DNA of 64,000 nt from a virus (IMGVR_UViG_3300030019_000001); one strand, 5' to 3'; shown: positions 39,312-48,028, counted from the stretch's first letter. Notes: generated from the letters alone by a model not told the origin. Made by a program: numbers and translations.

Positions 39312-39646
39312 TGAAAAGTAAAATATTAAAATCATTATTAGTTTTCATTCTTTTGATTTGCCTTGGAGCATCATACAAATTGGTAATCAATAAGAATACA
39401 CAAGACTATTCAAAAATAGCAGCACAGCAATTCACTGATGACAACGCAATTTATGAATTAAAAACTCAAAATTCAGCAGTTGATATTATTAATGTGATAT
39501 ATTTCTTTTCTGTTATTGCAGCTTCAAGTCTCTTCTATTTTATTTGGAAACCAAAAAAACTAGTTAAACTAGATAATATCATGGAAGATGGTTCAACTGA
39601 AACAAAAGAAACTGACATAAAAGAAGATGACACAAAAGAAGTCTAA
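39311..39646 (+). CDS. small membrane protein (2 TM)
   Basis: 111 aa with an ATGA overlap to the lipoprotein gene. Confidence 0.45.
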   Translation: MKSKILKSLLVFILLICLGASYKLVINKNTQDYSKIAAQQFTDDNAIYELKTQNSAVDIINVIYFFSVIAASSLFYFIWKPKKLVKLDNIMEDGSTETKETDIKEDDTKEV

Positions 39647-39664
39647 TAATAATATATAAATAAA

Positions 39665-39699
39665 TTAAAAATCCTTGCTTATGTGAGGATTTTTTTTTA
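39665..39699 (+). terminator. intrinsic terminator
   Basis: aaaa-atccttgcttatgtgaggat-ttttttttt. Confidence 0.65.
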
Positions 39700-39705
39700 T
39701 CTTTG
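39698..39705 (+). promoter_or_regulatory. TAnnTTTG -7-like promoter element
   Basis: tttttttTATCTTTGtattt, 44 nt upstream of the small ORF at 39742. Confidence 0.5.
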
Positions 39706-39741
39706 TATTTAATATAAACAATCAATTAAAATAAACAAATC

Positions 39742-39918
39742 ATGGAAGGACCAAATTATGTGTATATCGGATTTTTTGTTATTTTTATCATTGTGTTATT
39801 AATAGCTCAAATATTAAAAATTTCAAATGATGGCAAAAAGGATATGCTTAATGAAATTTTCAACAACGGAGACATTTCAACAGAAGCATATAAAAAATAC
39901 AAAAAGAAACTTGATTAA
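39742..39918 (+). CDS. 58 aa small membrane protein (below the ORF-track length cutoff)
   Basis: MEGPNYVYIGFFVIFIIVLLIAQIL...; ATG at 39742 and TAA at 39916. Preceded by a promoter motif. Confidence 0.35.
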   Translation: MEGPNYVYIGFFVIFIIVLLIAQILKISNDGKKDMLNEIFNNGDISTEAYKKYKKKLD

Positions 39919-40056
39919 ACATGAAAATACTATTTAGATTTCTGTTTGTAATTGGAATTACTACTATACTACCAGCAGTAATTTGGTGAATAATCACTGG
40001 TTTAGATTTTTATGAAACATTAGATTTTTATAAATAAATATTAAAAATTAAAAAAA

Positions 40057-40281
40057 ATGAGCAAATATAATATAACACCTGAATTATTAGATAAAGTAAA
40101 ATTACTTTACCCTGATTGTGATGTTTTTAAATCTAGAATTAAATCTAATTATATCGGTATTCGTAGATATCTTGGTAAATCAAAATACTACGGAGATGAT
40201 AAAAAATCATTTGAATGTGATATGACATCTGTTGAATATCTACATGTAGCAGAAGCTATATTAGAAACTAATACCTTGTAA
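40057..40281 (+). CDS. hypothetical protein
   Basis: 74 aa ORF. Confidence 0.4.
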   Translation: MSKYNITPELLDKVKLLYPDCDVFKSRIKSNYIGIRRYLGKSKYYGDDKKSFECDMTSVEYLHVAEAILETNTL

Positions 40282-40282
40282 C

Positions 40283-40624
40283 ATGATAGTCAAAAAACTC
40301 AACAATAAAACCTTTATCTTCAAAGAATATAAAGAGCCAAATTATAAAGAAATTGTATATGATGGTAAAACATATAAATATAATCAAATAGAAGATGAAT
40401 ATGGCTATAAAACACTATTTTACTACGGTACTGAATATTTTACTCATCGTAAATATTTACTATTTGGAGATGTTATTATAACAACCATTCCTAAATTACT
40501 ATTTAAACTAACTGGACATATTGAATCAGAAATATTCACTAAGAATAAAGTAAGAATGGCTATTAAAGAAAAAGTAGATTTGATAAATAGACGAGCAGAA
40601 ATCAAAAGAGGAGAAATAATTTGA
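40283..40624 (+). CDS. hypothetical protein
   Basis: 113 aa ORF. Confidence 0.45.
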   Translation: MIVKKLNNKTFIFKEYKEPNYKEIVYDGKTYKYNQIEDEYGYKTLFYYGTEYFTHRKYLLFGDVIITTIPKLLFKLTGHIESEIFTKNKVRMAIKEKVDLINRRAEIKRGEII

Positions 40625-40653
40625 CATGAATAAATTAAATAAACTCAGATAAC

Positions 40654-40899
40654 ATGACATCAAAAGATATTTACAATAGAATATTATTTATAGAAAATAG
40701 AATATTTGGTTTGAAGTTAAAGGTAAATAGAATATTTGGTTTGGAGTTAAAGGTAAATAGCCACTACATAAGTAACTCTGAATATATAGACACTATAAAT
40801 AGTAGAGCTGAGTTGAACAAGGAATTAACTATTTTAAAAAAAAAATTAAAATTGAATAATATAAGAAAAGAAAAATTACAAAATTTAAATAATATATGA
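40654..40899 (+). CDS. small protein with internal 30-bp tandem duplication and RKEKLQNLNNI tail
   Basis: NRIFGLKLKVNRIFGLELKV is encoded by the direct repeat at 40696-40760. Confidence 0.45.
   Translation: MTSKDIYNRILFIENRIFGLKLKVNRIFGLELKVNSHYISNSEYIDTINSRAELNKELTILKKKLKLNNIRKEKLQNLNNI
40696..40760 (+). repeat. 30-bp direct tandem repeat (2 copies) within a CDS
   Basis: aatagaatatttggtttg(a/g)agttaaaggta x2. Confidence 0.8.
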
Positions 40900-41252
40900 T
40901 TGATTATACCAAAGATGTAATATCATCTAGCAAAATAAAAACAGTACACGAACAACAGCACGAAAAATTATATGAAAATATAAGATTACTTTGTAACGTA
41001 GAAACAAGACAAAAACAAATATATGTCACATTATTTAATTCTAATTATTTTAGTTATGAATTTCCATATTTTGATGATCATGATGTTATATACAAAGTTG
41101 ATAATGATGATTTCTATAAAAATTTCAAAAAAACAAGAAAAATAAAAGGAGATTATAATAACTCTTATAAACCAATAAAATTTAAAACTGAATTCGAATG
41201 CTTAAGTTATTTGAAAACAATTGGAATTGAAGAAGTTGGCCCAAATAATTAA
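40896..41252 (+). CDS. hypothetical protein
   Basis: 118 aa ORF with a 4-nt overlap. Confidence 0.45.
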   Translation: MIDYTKDVISSSKIKTVHEQQHEKLYENIRLLCNVETRQKQIYVTLFNSNYFSYEFPYFDDHDVIYKVDNDDFYKNFKKTRKIKGDYNNSYKPIKFKTEFECLSYLKTIGIEEVGPNN

Positions 41253-41520
41253 AAAAATGAGCATAGAGAAAAAAATATTAAATGCATTGTGTGATATACC
41301 TCTCATTAAAGATGGTAAATTAGGAATTGTTGAATTACAAAGTTTTCATTCAGATGTTAAAATGCTACATAAAATGAAAAATATGATGAATTTGTTTCCT
41401 GAGAATAATAAGTTATATTTAAAGGAATGGAAAAATTATATAAAACTTAGAAATGATGAAAATTTTATTTCTCATAGTGAAAGTAAAAACGATTATAATT
41501 CATTTTTTGAAAACAATTAA
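41221..41520 (+). CDS. hypothetical protein
   Basis: 99 aa ORF. Confidence 0.4.
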   Translation: MELKKLAQIIKKMSIEKKILNALCDIPLIKDGKLGIVELQSFHSDVKMLHKMKNMMNLFPENNKLYLKEWKNYIKLRNDENFISHSESKNDYNSFFENN

Positions 41521-41524
41521 AAAT

Positions 41525-41743
41525 ATGAAAGAAAAAATTTTAGAAATACTAGGTAACAATCATACAACACCTTGTGTGTTCACAAGTAAACAAGATGTTG
41601 AAGCTATTTATACATATAAAAATGATATATATTGTATAGACTTGGGCTTAGATTTTCCATTTGATGCTCTTTATGAAAATGAACAAAAAAATATACTTGA
41701 TGCTATTATAAATAAAGAATATAAAAAAGATGAAACTTTTTAA
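41525..41743 (+). CDS. hypothetical protein (start trimmed to MKEKILEILG)
   Basis: The ATG at 41525 avoids overlap with the preceding ORF. Confidence 0.4.
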   Translation: MKEKILEILGNNHTTPCVFTSKQDVEAIYTYKNDIYCIDLGLDFPFDALYENEQKNILDAIINKEYKKDETF

Positions 41744-41953
41744 TAAAAAGTTTGGTAGATTGAAAACTTTTTTGTACTTTTGTACTACATAATAAAAATA
41801 GAAAAAAATCACATTTTTAAGATAATATATACTGATATGAAAAACTACAATAACATAATGAACTTGCTACTCTTAAACCTATTATTACAGAATAATCGGA
41901 CTGAGAATATTATGTCATATCTATTGTAACAAATAATATAAGCATATTAAAAA

Positions 41954-41990
41954 TACCTCAGTCATTTATTTGACTGAGGTTTTTTCTTTT
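41954..41990 (+). terminator. intrinsic terminator
   Basis: acctcagtca-tttatt-tgactgaggt followed by tttttcttt. Confidence 0.75.
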
Positions 41991-42000
41991 ATAATAAAAT

Positions 42001-42080
42001 GCTCCTATGGTGGAATTGGTATACACGCATCACTTAAGATGATGTCCATTTGGATGAGGTTTCGAATACCTCTAGGAGTA
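42001..42080 (+). tRNA. tRNA-Leu (anticodon UAA), class II
   Basis: Acceptor GCTCCTA/TAGGAGT, 3-bp D stem GTG/CAC, anticodon stem CATCA/TGATG, loop CTTAAGA, variable hairpin TCCATTTGGA, T arm GAGGT-TTCGAAT-ACCTC. Confidence 0.7.
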
Positions 42081-42088
42081 CAAAATAT

Positions 42089-42175
42089 GCCGATGTGATG
42101 GAATCTTGGTAGACATTCAAAACTTAAAATTTTGCAAGCTATATGCTTATACGGGTTCAAGTCCCGTCATCGGTA
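42089..42175 (+). tRNA. tRNA-Leu (anticodon UAA), class II with long variable arm
   Basis: Acceptor GCCGATG/CATCGGT, anticodon stem CAAAA/TTTTG, loop CTTAAAA, T arm ACGGG-TTCAAGT-CCCGT. Confidence 0.6.
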
Positions 42176-42184
42176 CAAAAAATC

Positions 42185-42272
42185 GCTCCTGTGATGGAAT
42201 GGTAGACATCCATGTTTTAGAAACATGTGCTGAACAATAGTAGGCGTGTCGGTTCAAGTCCGACCAGGAGTA
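42185..42272 (+). tRNA. tRNA-Leu (anticodon UAG), class II
   Basis: Acceptor GCTCCTG/CAGGAGT, anticodon stem CATGT/ACATG, loop TTTAGAA, T arm GTCGG-TTCAAGT-CCGAC. Confidence 0.65.
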
Positions 42273-42376
42273 CAATATATTCAATGATTAATCATTATGA
42301 TACAATTTATTTAAAAATATGTTCAATTTTTATTCTTTTTGTCATAGAATTTTTTATATATAAAATAAAAAATAAT

Positions 42377-43474
42377 ATGACATATAGAGTATATGAAGTT
42401 AGTGAAATCATAAAAATAATAGAAGAATATAATAATGGATCAAAACAGTCAGAATTAAGTAAAAAATATAATATACCAAGAAGTAATATTAGATATTGGT
42501 TAAATAACAATGAAAAATTCAATCAATATAATAAATTAGAAAATCAAAAAAAATTAAAAAATAATTGTGATATTAATAATTATTTATCTGATAAAAAATT
42601 AGAATATAATTATATATTAGGATTATATTTAGGAGATGGTCATATAATAAAAACAAAAAGATCATCATATCAAATTCGAATATTTTTAGATAGTAAGTAT
42701 TATAATATAGTAACTGAATGTGAAAATAATTTAAAAATATTATTTCCATTTAATAAAATAAATATTCATAAAACTAAATATAATATGTTTATTGTTTCAG
42801 TATATTCCAACTCTTTAAAATATTTATTTCCTCAAATAGGAAAAGGAGTAAAGCACAAAAGAAAAATAATACTAGAAGATTTTCAAATAAAAAATATAAA
42901 TCACAAAAACATAATACGTGGATTGTTTCATTCAGATGGTTGCTTATATAAAAATACAATAATTAAAAAAGAAGGAAAAAAATATTTCGGTTATTATTAT
43001 AATTTTTCTAATATGTCTAAAGATATAGTAGATATTTATTGTAACTCACTTGATATTATAAATATTCATTATACTATACAAATAAGTAAAGATAACTGTT
43101 ATAGAATAAACGTAAATAGAAGAGTAGATTTCAAAAAAATGTATGAGTTTCTTGGTGTTAAAAATTTAAATATCAAAAGTGAAGTTGATGAATATTATTA
43201 TAATATAATTAGAAATGATAGAATAAAAAAATTAAAATCAGGTAAAAAAGAAATTAAAATAAACAATAATTTAATAAAAAATTATTGTGCATGTGGAAAA
43301 GAAATTAAACACAATTCTAAACAATGTTATGACTGCTACAGATTATCTGAAAGAAAAGTAAAGAACAGACCAACAAAAGATGAGTTAAGATTAATGATAT
43401 CTGATACAAGTTTAGAAGCTGTTGGTAGAGTTTATGGAGTAACTGGTAAAGCAGTTAAGAAGTGGTTAAAATAA
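42377..43474 (+). mobile_element. LAGLIDADG homing endonuclease (two-motif) with C-terminal Cys4 zinc ribbon and HTH DNA-binding module
   Basis: Motif 1 is YILGLYLGDGHI, and motif 2 is IRGLFHSDGCLY. CACGKE...CYDCY and RPTKDELRLMISDTSLEAVGRVYGVTGKAVKKWL form the HTH. The ORF-track start (42227) lies inside tRNA-Leu(UAG), so the likely start is the ATG at 42377 (or 42284). Confidence 0.6.
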
Positions 43475-43475
43475 T

Positions 43476-43548
43476 GGCTTGGTATCCCAACGGCAGAGGA
43501 CGGCGTTTCAAATGCGTTTCAGTGAGGGTTCGAATCCCTCTCAAGCTA
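43476..43548 (+). tRNA. tRNA, class I, anticodon uncertain (best fold gives CAA)
   Basis: Acceptor GGCTTGG/TCAAGCT and a clear T arm GAGGG-TTCGAAT-CCCTC. The anticodon stem is weak (GGCGT/GCGTT with G-U pairs). Confidence 0.5.
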
Positions 43549-44091
43549 CACATTAAATTTCTTTGATGCTATAATTGATTTCATATCATTTATATCGCTT
43601 GACCAATATTTCATTGAATCATCATCAGTTTGAACAATTCCTGTGCCATCGTGAGGACCAGGATTCATTTTTTTAACCTTATAATCAATTGAAGCCCATC
43701 TAAAATTTTCAACTCTTTCTTTCTTTATTACTTTACACAATTCCGTATTATCCCAACCAAGCAGACAATAATCTCCAACAGATGGCAGATTTTCCAGATC
43801 TTCAATTTTTTTAGAATAGCTTTTTATTTGTTCACGTTTAACTAAAAAATTATTATTCCACAATTCATATTTATCAAATTTAACGTTATAGTGTTCTGTA
43901 TGTTCATTATATCCAATTATTTTACCTATTCTATATTTATAGTCTGTGTCATTTTCTCTAGGTATAAAATATTCAGGTATTTTAGATTCATAGAAATCTT
44001 CATCAAGTCTAACGTAATCATTTATTTCTGGTTCTGAATCACGTGTAAATTCTTTGGTATCGTAGAATTCGAATTTTTTAATATGTATCAT
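43546..44091 (-). CDS. array A member (MIHIKKFEF... / ...ASKKFNV)
   Basis: 181 aa ORF with a 4-nt overlap to the upstream member. Confidence 0.5.
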   Translation of the reverse strand: MIHIKKFEFYDTKEFTRDSEPEINDYVRLDEDFYESKIPEYFIPRENDTDYKYRIGKIIGYNEHTEHYNVKFDKYELWNNNFLVKREQIKSYSKKIEDLENLPSVGDYCLLGWDNTELCKVIKKERVENFRWASIDYKVKKMNPGPHDGTGIVQTDDDSMKYWSSDINDMKSIIASKKFNV

Positions 44092-44462
44092 ATGTTAAAT
44101 TTTTTTGCGTATATTCTATATTGAATATTATCATATATATCATCAAATGGTATAACTAAAAAATTATCTATTGATAGCATATTTTGCATATAATCAATAT
44201 TATTACCCCATCCTCGTGTGGAAACAGCAATTATAAATATATGTGTATTATTTGGATAATTTGACACATCAACAATTATTGAATAAAAACCTTGTATTTT
44301 TACATCATTTCTTATAGTGTGTTCATCACTTTGACTTAGATTATATTTTTTGAGTTTATCAATAACTTGATCTGTTTGTTCATCTGTTATGCCTTTAATA
44401 TTTATTGCAAACCTGAATTTAGTTTTAGAACTTTCATTAATGAATTGATTATATTTTTTCAT
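44088..44462 (-). CDS. array A member (MKKYNQFINE... / ...YAKKFNI)
   Basis: Bounded by the conserved junction repeats. Confidence 0.5.
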   Translation of the reverse strand: MKKYNQFINESSKTKFRFAINIKGITDEQTDQVIDKLKKYNLSQSDEHTIRNDVKIQGFYSIIVDVSNYPNNTHIFIIAVSTRGWGNNIDYMQNMLSIDNFLVIPFDDIYDNIQYRIYAKKFNI

Positions 44463-44875
44463 ATGTTAAATTTTTTTGCATGTATTTTATATTGATAATC
44501 TTTCATTTCTTCGTCTGTTAGGTGTCTAACATATCCTGTTGGTACCCATCCTAAGAAATCATTATCTTCTATATCAGATAGTGAATTTCTTAATACATAC
44601 CCATAATACCATACATAATCAACTAGAACATATTCTTTACTATAATCATTATCAGTAAATTTGTCAGTCGTCTTTTTTTCATTATGTCTATTATATAATA
44701 CAGAGTCTAATTTTTCAATATATTCTTTATCTAATTTAACTATATCTCCATCATACACTCCAGTCTTAAATCCTGGTCTTTTTATGTAAAAAATAGGACC
44801 ATATGTTTCATCTTTTGTTGATTCTCTTTGCCATATATCTTTTGATTCATTAATGAATTGATTATATTTTTTCAT
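44459..44875 (-). CDS. array A member (MKKYNQFINE... / ...HAKKFNI)
   Basis: Bounded by the conserved junction repeats. Confidence 0.5.
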   Translation of the reverse strand: MKKYNQFINESKDIWQRESTKDETYGPIFYIKRPGFKTGVYDGDIVKLDKEYIEKLDSVLYNRHNEKKTTDKFTDNDYSKEYVLVDYVWYYGYVLRNSLSDIEDNDFLGWVPTGYVRHLTDEEMKDYQYKIHAKKFNI

Positions 44876-45237
44876 ATATTAAATTTATTTGTATTATTTC
44901 TTGCTTCAAGATATTCTACAATATCTTTAATTCCATTTGATCTAGCATTTAACAATTCTTCAGGTTTAATAATATTTATAATATAATCTTCATCATAACC
45001 CCAATCAGGTGTTGTAATACACCAAGTAGTTATTTTATTGTTACTTATATCTAAAACCAATGTATGAGGTTTATTACTATATGACGCATATTGACTTATA
45101 ATATCATAAATGTCAAAATATTTTTTGAATATTTCATTGAGCTTATATAAATCGTCATCTGTGATATTTTTAATATCTATTGAAACTTTAAATACATCAG
45201 AATTTTTTTCATTAATGAATTGGTTATATTTTTTCAT
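44872..45237 (-). CDS. array A member (MKKYNQFINE... / ...NTNKFNI)
   Basis: Bounded by the conserved junction repeats. Confidence 0.5.
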   Translation of the reverse strand: MKKYNQFINEKNSDVFKVSIDIKNITDDDLYKLNEIFKKYFDIYDIISQYASYSNKPHTLVLDISNNKITTWCITTPDWGYDEDYIINIIKPEELLNARSNGIKDIVEYLEARNNTNKFNI

Positions 45238-45665
45238 ATATTAAATTTATTTGCATCTTTTTTTACTTTATAAAGAGTTTCAACTCCTTTCAATCCAATT
45301 TTAATAAATTCATCTAATGAAATAATTAAATTATCACTACTACGAAGATCAGTAGATCTCATTTTAAAGAAATCAATTGTATCTCTTGGTATTCGTACAT
45401 TACCCCAACTCTCATATACATTAATATACCAAAGCCATTCAATTTCTGTATTTTTAAAATCATCAATATTTGATTTAGTTATTAATAAATTTTTTATATT
45501 ATGTGATTCTAAATTTACATATTTATTAAATTCTTCAAATGCTTTACTTTGGTTTTCTTCTGTCGCATTTTCTAATAATATAAAAAAATTAAAATTAAAA
45601 TCATTGGTTTTATTATCTTTACCGTATGCTCTATTTTCATTAATGAATTGATTATATTTTTTCAT
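45234..45665 (-). CDS. array A member (MKKYNQFINE... / ...DANKFNI)
   Basis: Bounded by the conserved junction repeats. Confidence 0.5.
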   Translation of the reverse strand: MKKYNQFINENRAYGKDNKTNDFNFNFFILLENATEENQSKAFEEFNKYVNLESHNIKNLLITKSNIDDFKNTEIEWLWYINVYESWGNVRIPRDTIDFFKMRSTDLRSSDNLIISLDEFIKIGLKGVETLYKVKKDANKFNI

Positions 45666-46129
45666 AAATTAAATTTTTCGGATTTTTTTATAGTTAGATA
45701 TTTTTGATATTGTTCTGGATATTCTTCAATTATATTAATCTTATTAATTGGTAGTAAATACGTCAAAAAATCATTACCCAAATTATCTTTTAAGTTCCAA
45801 TTAGCATTAGCTTCTATTAAAAATCTTACTATATCATTGTTTTCTCTTAATGTAGCATAATTTAATGCTGTTCTATTATAGATATCTTGATAGTTTATAT
45901 CAGCTCCTTTTCCTATTAAATACTTCACCACATCTATCCTATTGTTATCTGCTGCTAGTATTAATAGTGTATATCCATATTTATCTATATTATTCACATC
46001 ACCTTTTTCAACTTCTATATATTCTTGTACAACTTCTAAATCTCCTCTTCTACAAGCTTCAAATACACTATCATCACTATTAAAAAAGATATCAGAATAT
46101 CTATCTTCAAATTTTTTTATAAATTTCAT
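45662..46129 (-). CDS. ankyrin-repeat protein (MKFIKKFED... / ...KSEKFNL)
   Basis: GYTLLILAADNNRIDVVKYLIGKGADINYQD...TALNYA...NDIVRFLIEANAN. Confidence 0.6.
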   Translation of the reverse strand: MKFIKKFEDRYSDIFFNSDDSVFEACRRGDLEVVQEYIEVEKGDVNNIDKYGYTLLILAADNNRIDVVKYLIGKGADINYQDIYNRTALNYATLRENNDIVRFLIEANANWNLKDNLGNDFLTYLLPINKINIIEEYPEQYQKYLTIKKSEKFNL

Positions 46130-46743
46130 ACAGTAGTTTTATTTTTAAGTTTAGATATAGCTTTCTGAATTATATCAATTGTTAGATTATTAATTTCAAG
46201 AATATTAAAATCTCCTTCAATTTCTGTATTATGAGGGTGTTCAATTTTAATTGATACTTTACTTAATGGTTTACTTCCAATAACTTTTTGAGAATCATCT
46301 ATTAATATATCAGCATATTTCCATTTATCCATTGATGAATTAGCAAAAATGATGTCATCGTATTTAAATCCATAATGGTCTAACCATTTCTTAGCAGATT
46401 CTTTAGATTCTTCAGTAGGTTGTTTAGTTACTATGTTTAATTTGAAACCATGAGTTTTTATAAAATCATATATATTGTTTATAGTATCAACAGCACCTTT
46501 ATATGGTTGAGCAATATCAAAAACTTCAGATTTTTTATTATTAAACCATGTTTTTGATGATTCACCATTATAGTCCATTGTTTCATACCAATGCCAATTT
46601 TGATCCTGATTTATTTCTTTATCAGGAAAGTATCTTTTATATAGTGTATTGTATGCATTAACGAAATCACATATCGTACCATCAATATCTATTCCTATTG
46701 TAATTTTATTTGTAAATGTTTCAAACATTTTTATGTGTTTCAT
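46126..46743 (-). CDS. HAD-superfamily 5'(3')-deoxyribonucleotidase-like hydrolase
   Basis: N-terminal ITIGIDIDGTICDF is a DxDGT motif I. Embedded in array A with an MKHIKMFETF leader. Confidence 0.5.
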   Translation of the reverse strand: MKHIKMFETFTNKITIGIDIDGTICDFVNAYNTLYKRYFPDKEINQDQNWHWYETMDYNGESSKTWFNNKKSEVFDIAQPYKGAVDTINNIYDFIKTHGFKLNIVTKQPTEESKESAKKWLDHYGFKYDDIIFANSSMDKWKYADILIDDSQKVIGSKPLSKVSIKIEHPHNTEIEGDFNILEINNLTIDIIQKAISKLKNKTTV

Positions 46744-47009
46744 ATATTAAATTTATCTGTATTTTTTTTTAGTTTAACATATTGTTGTAATTTTCTTTTG
46801 TTATCTGAAAAATCTAATAGATAAGATTTATTTATATTAAGTCCTAGATTTGTTTCATATGAATCCCAATATATATTTATAATTTTATGAACTGTATAAT
46901 TGTATAGATTATTCATTTTTACATCATATGACATAGGACAGTCAAAAATTACATAATCACCTACTTTTGGTTCATCTTTTTTATTTTCAAATTTTTTTAT
47001 ATATTTCAA
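46740..47009 (-). CDS. array A member (MKYIKKFEN... / ...NTDKFNI)
   Basis: First gene of the minus-strand array. Confidence 0.5.
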   Translation of the reverse strand: MKYIKKFENKKDEPKVGDYVIFDCPMSYDVKMNNLYNYTVHKIINIYWDSYETNLGLNINKSYLLDFSDNKRKLQQYVKLKKNTDKFNI

Positions 47010-47117
47010 GATTTTAAATTATTTTATATATTATATATAAATTATTGAGATATTATTTATAAAAAAAGTAAATTATATTTTTTTTATATATAAACAATAA
47101 AAAACAATTTAAAAATA

Positions 47118-47312
47118 ATGAAAACAAAACTAGAAAACTTATTAAGTTTTACTGACTTCACTGGTAATTATAACCCACAGCAAGCAAATAAGACAAAAAG
47201 AACAGACACAGGAATTGATGTCATTAAAGAAAATCTTGAAGATAAAGAACCAGAAGAAGAACCAGAAAAAGATTATTCTCATGAATTTGACTCAGAAGTT
47301 GATAAAGATTAA
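47118..47312 (+). CDS. acidic small protein
   Basis: 64 aa, followed by a hairpin+T terminator at 47323-47349. Confidence 0.4.
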   Translation: MKTKLENLLSFTDFTGNYNPQQANKTKRTDTGIDVIKENLEDKEPEEEPEKDYSHEFDSEVDKD

Positions 47313-47491
47313 AATAAAAAATAGAATCAATATTGATTCTATTTTTTATATAATTCACAGATAGATATACCAGTTATCTCATCATAATATATTATTTCAC
47401 CTATAATATTAGACGATTCATCTTCTGATACAAGTGTACCTACAACATCTTCGACTATCAAGTCTTTTTCTAACTGGATTCTTATGTCCAT

Positions 47492-47686
47492 TTATTTATT
47501 GCTTTCTAATTTTTTCAATTTAATTTTTCTCAATTCAGATTTATCATAATAAAAAAATGTAATAGTTATATATTCGTTATGTTGAGTTTGTACAAAATTA
47601 AATATTTCAACTGTTTCTGTACTCAACCAATCATTTATTTTCTCTTCTAATGTATTTTTATTTGAATTTATAACTTTACATTTCAT
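47492..47686 (-). CDS. small protein with LRKIKLKKLESNK tail
   Basis: C-terminal-tail family member on the minus strand. Confidence 0.4.
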   Translation of the reverse strand: MKCKVINSNKNTLEEKINDWLSTETVEIFNFVQTQHNEYITITFFYYDKSELRKIKLKKLESNK

Positions 47687-47809
47687 AAATAAAACATTTT
47701 TTATAATCTATATATTATATATTATTGAGTCAAACAAAAAATTTATAAATAATAATATTTTATCGTAATAAAAAATTATATATAATAAAAAATCATACAA
47801 AGTTTTATA

Positions 47810-48028
47810 ATGGCTAAAAATAAAATAGTGTTAAAATCTAAATCTAATAATACTAGTAAATATTATATCAATTTCTCAAAAACATCTGGCAAATTAGAGT
47901 TAGAATTAAATGTAACTGAAAATCATATGCTATCAGAAAATGGAAACTTTTTAATGATGGAAAATGGTAGTTATGAGTATAGAGAAAATATAATAAATAC
48001 AACAACAACAACATTGAATATAGCATAA
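47810..48028 (+). CDS. hypothetical protein
   Basis: 72 aa ORF. Confidence 0.4.
   Translation: MAKNKIVLKSKSNNTSKYYINFSKTSGKLELELNVTENHMLSENGNFLMMENGSYEYRENIINTTTTTLNIA

Noticed and set aside
42227-42376. ORF-track N-terminal extension of the LAGLIDADG gene.
   Set aside because: It overlaps the 3' half of tRNA-Leu(UAG). A downstream ATG (42377, or 42284) gives a sensible start.
43476-43548. Interpretation of the fourth tRNA as a UGA suppressor implying stop-codon recoding.
   Set aside because: The UCA registration needs a badly mismatched anticodon stem. TGA is used as a routine stop codon throughout this window, e.g. at the KFNI-ATGA junctions.
41954-43548. Prophage att site or integrase adjacent to the tRNA cluster.
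   Set aside because: There is no tyrosine or serine recombinase ORF and no direct repeat of a tRNA 3' end in the window. The only mobile gene is a homing endonuclease.
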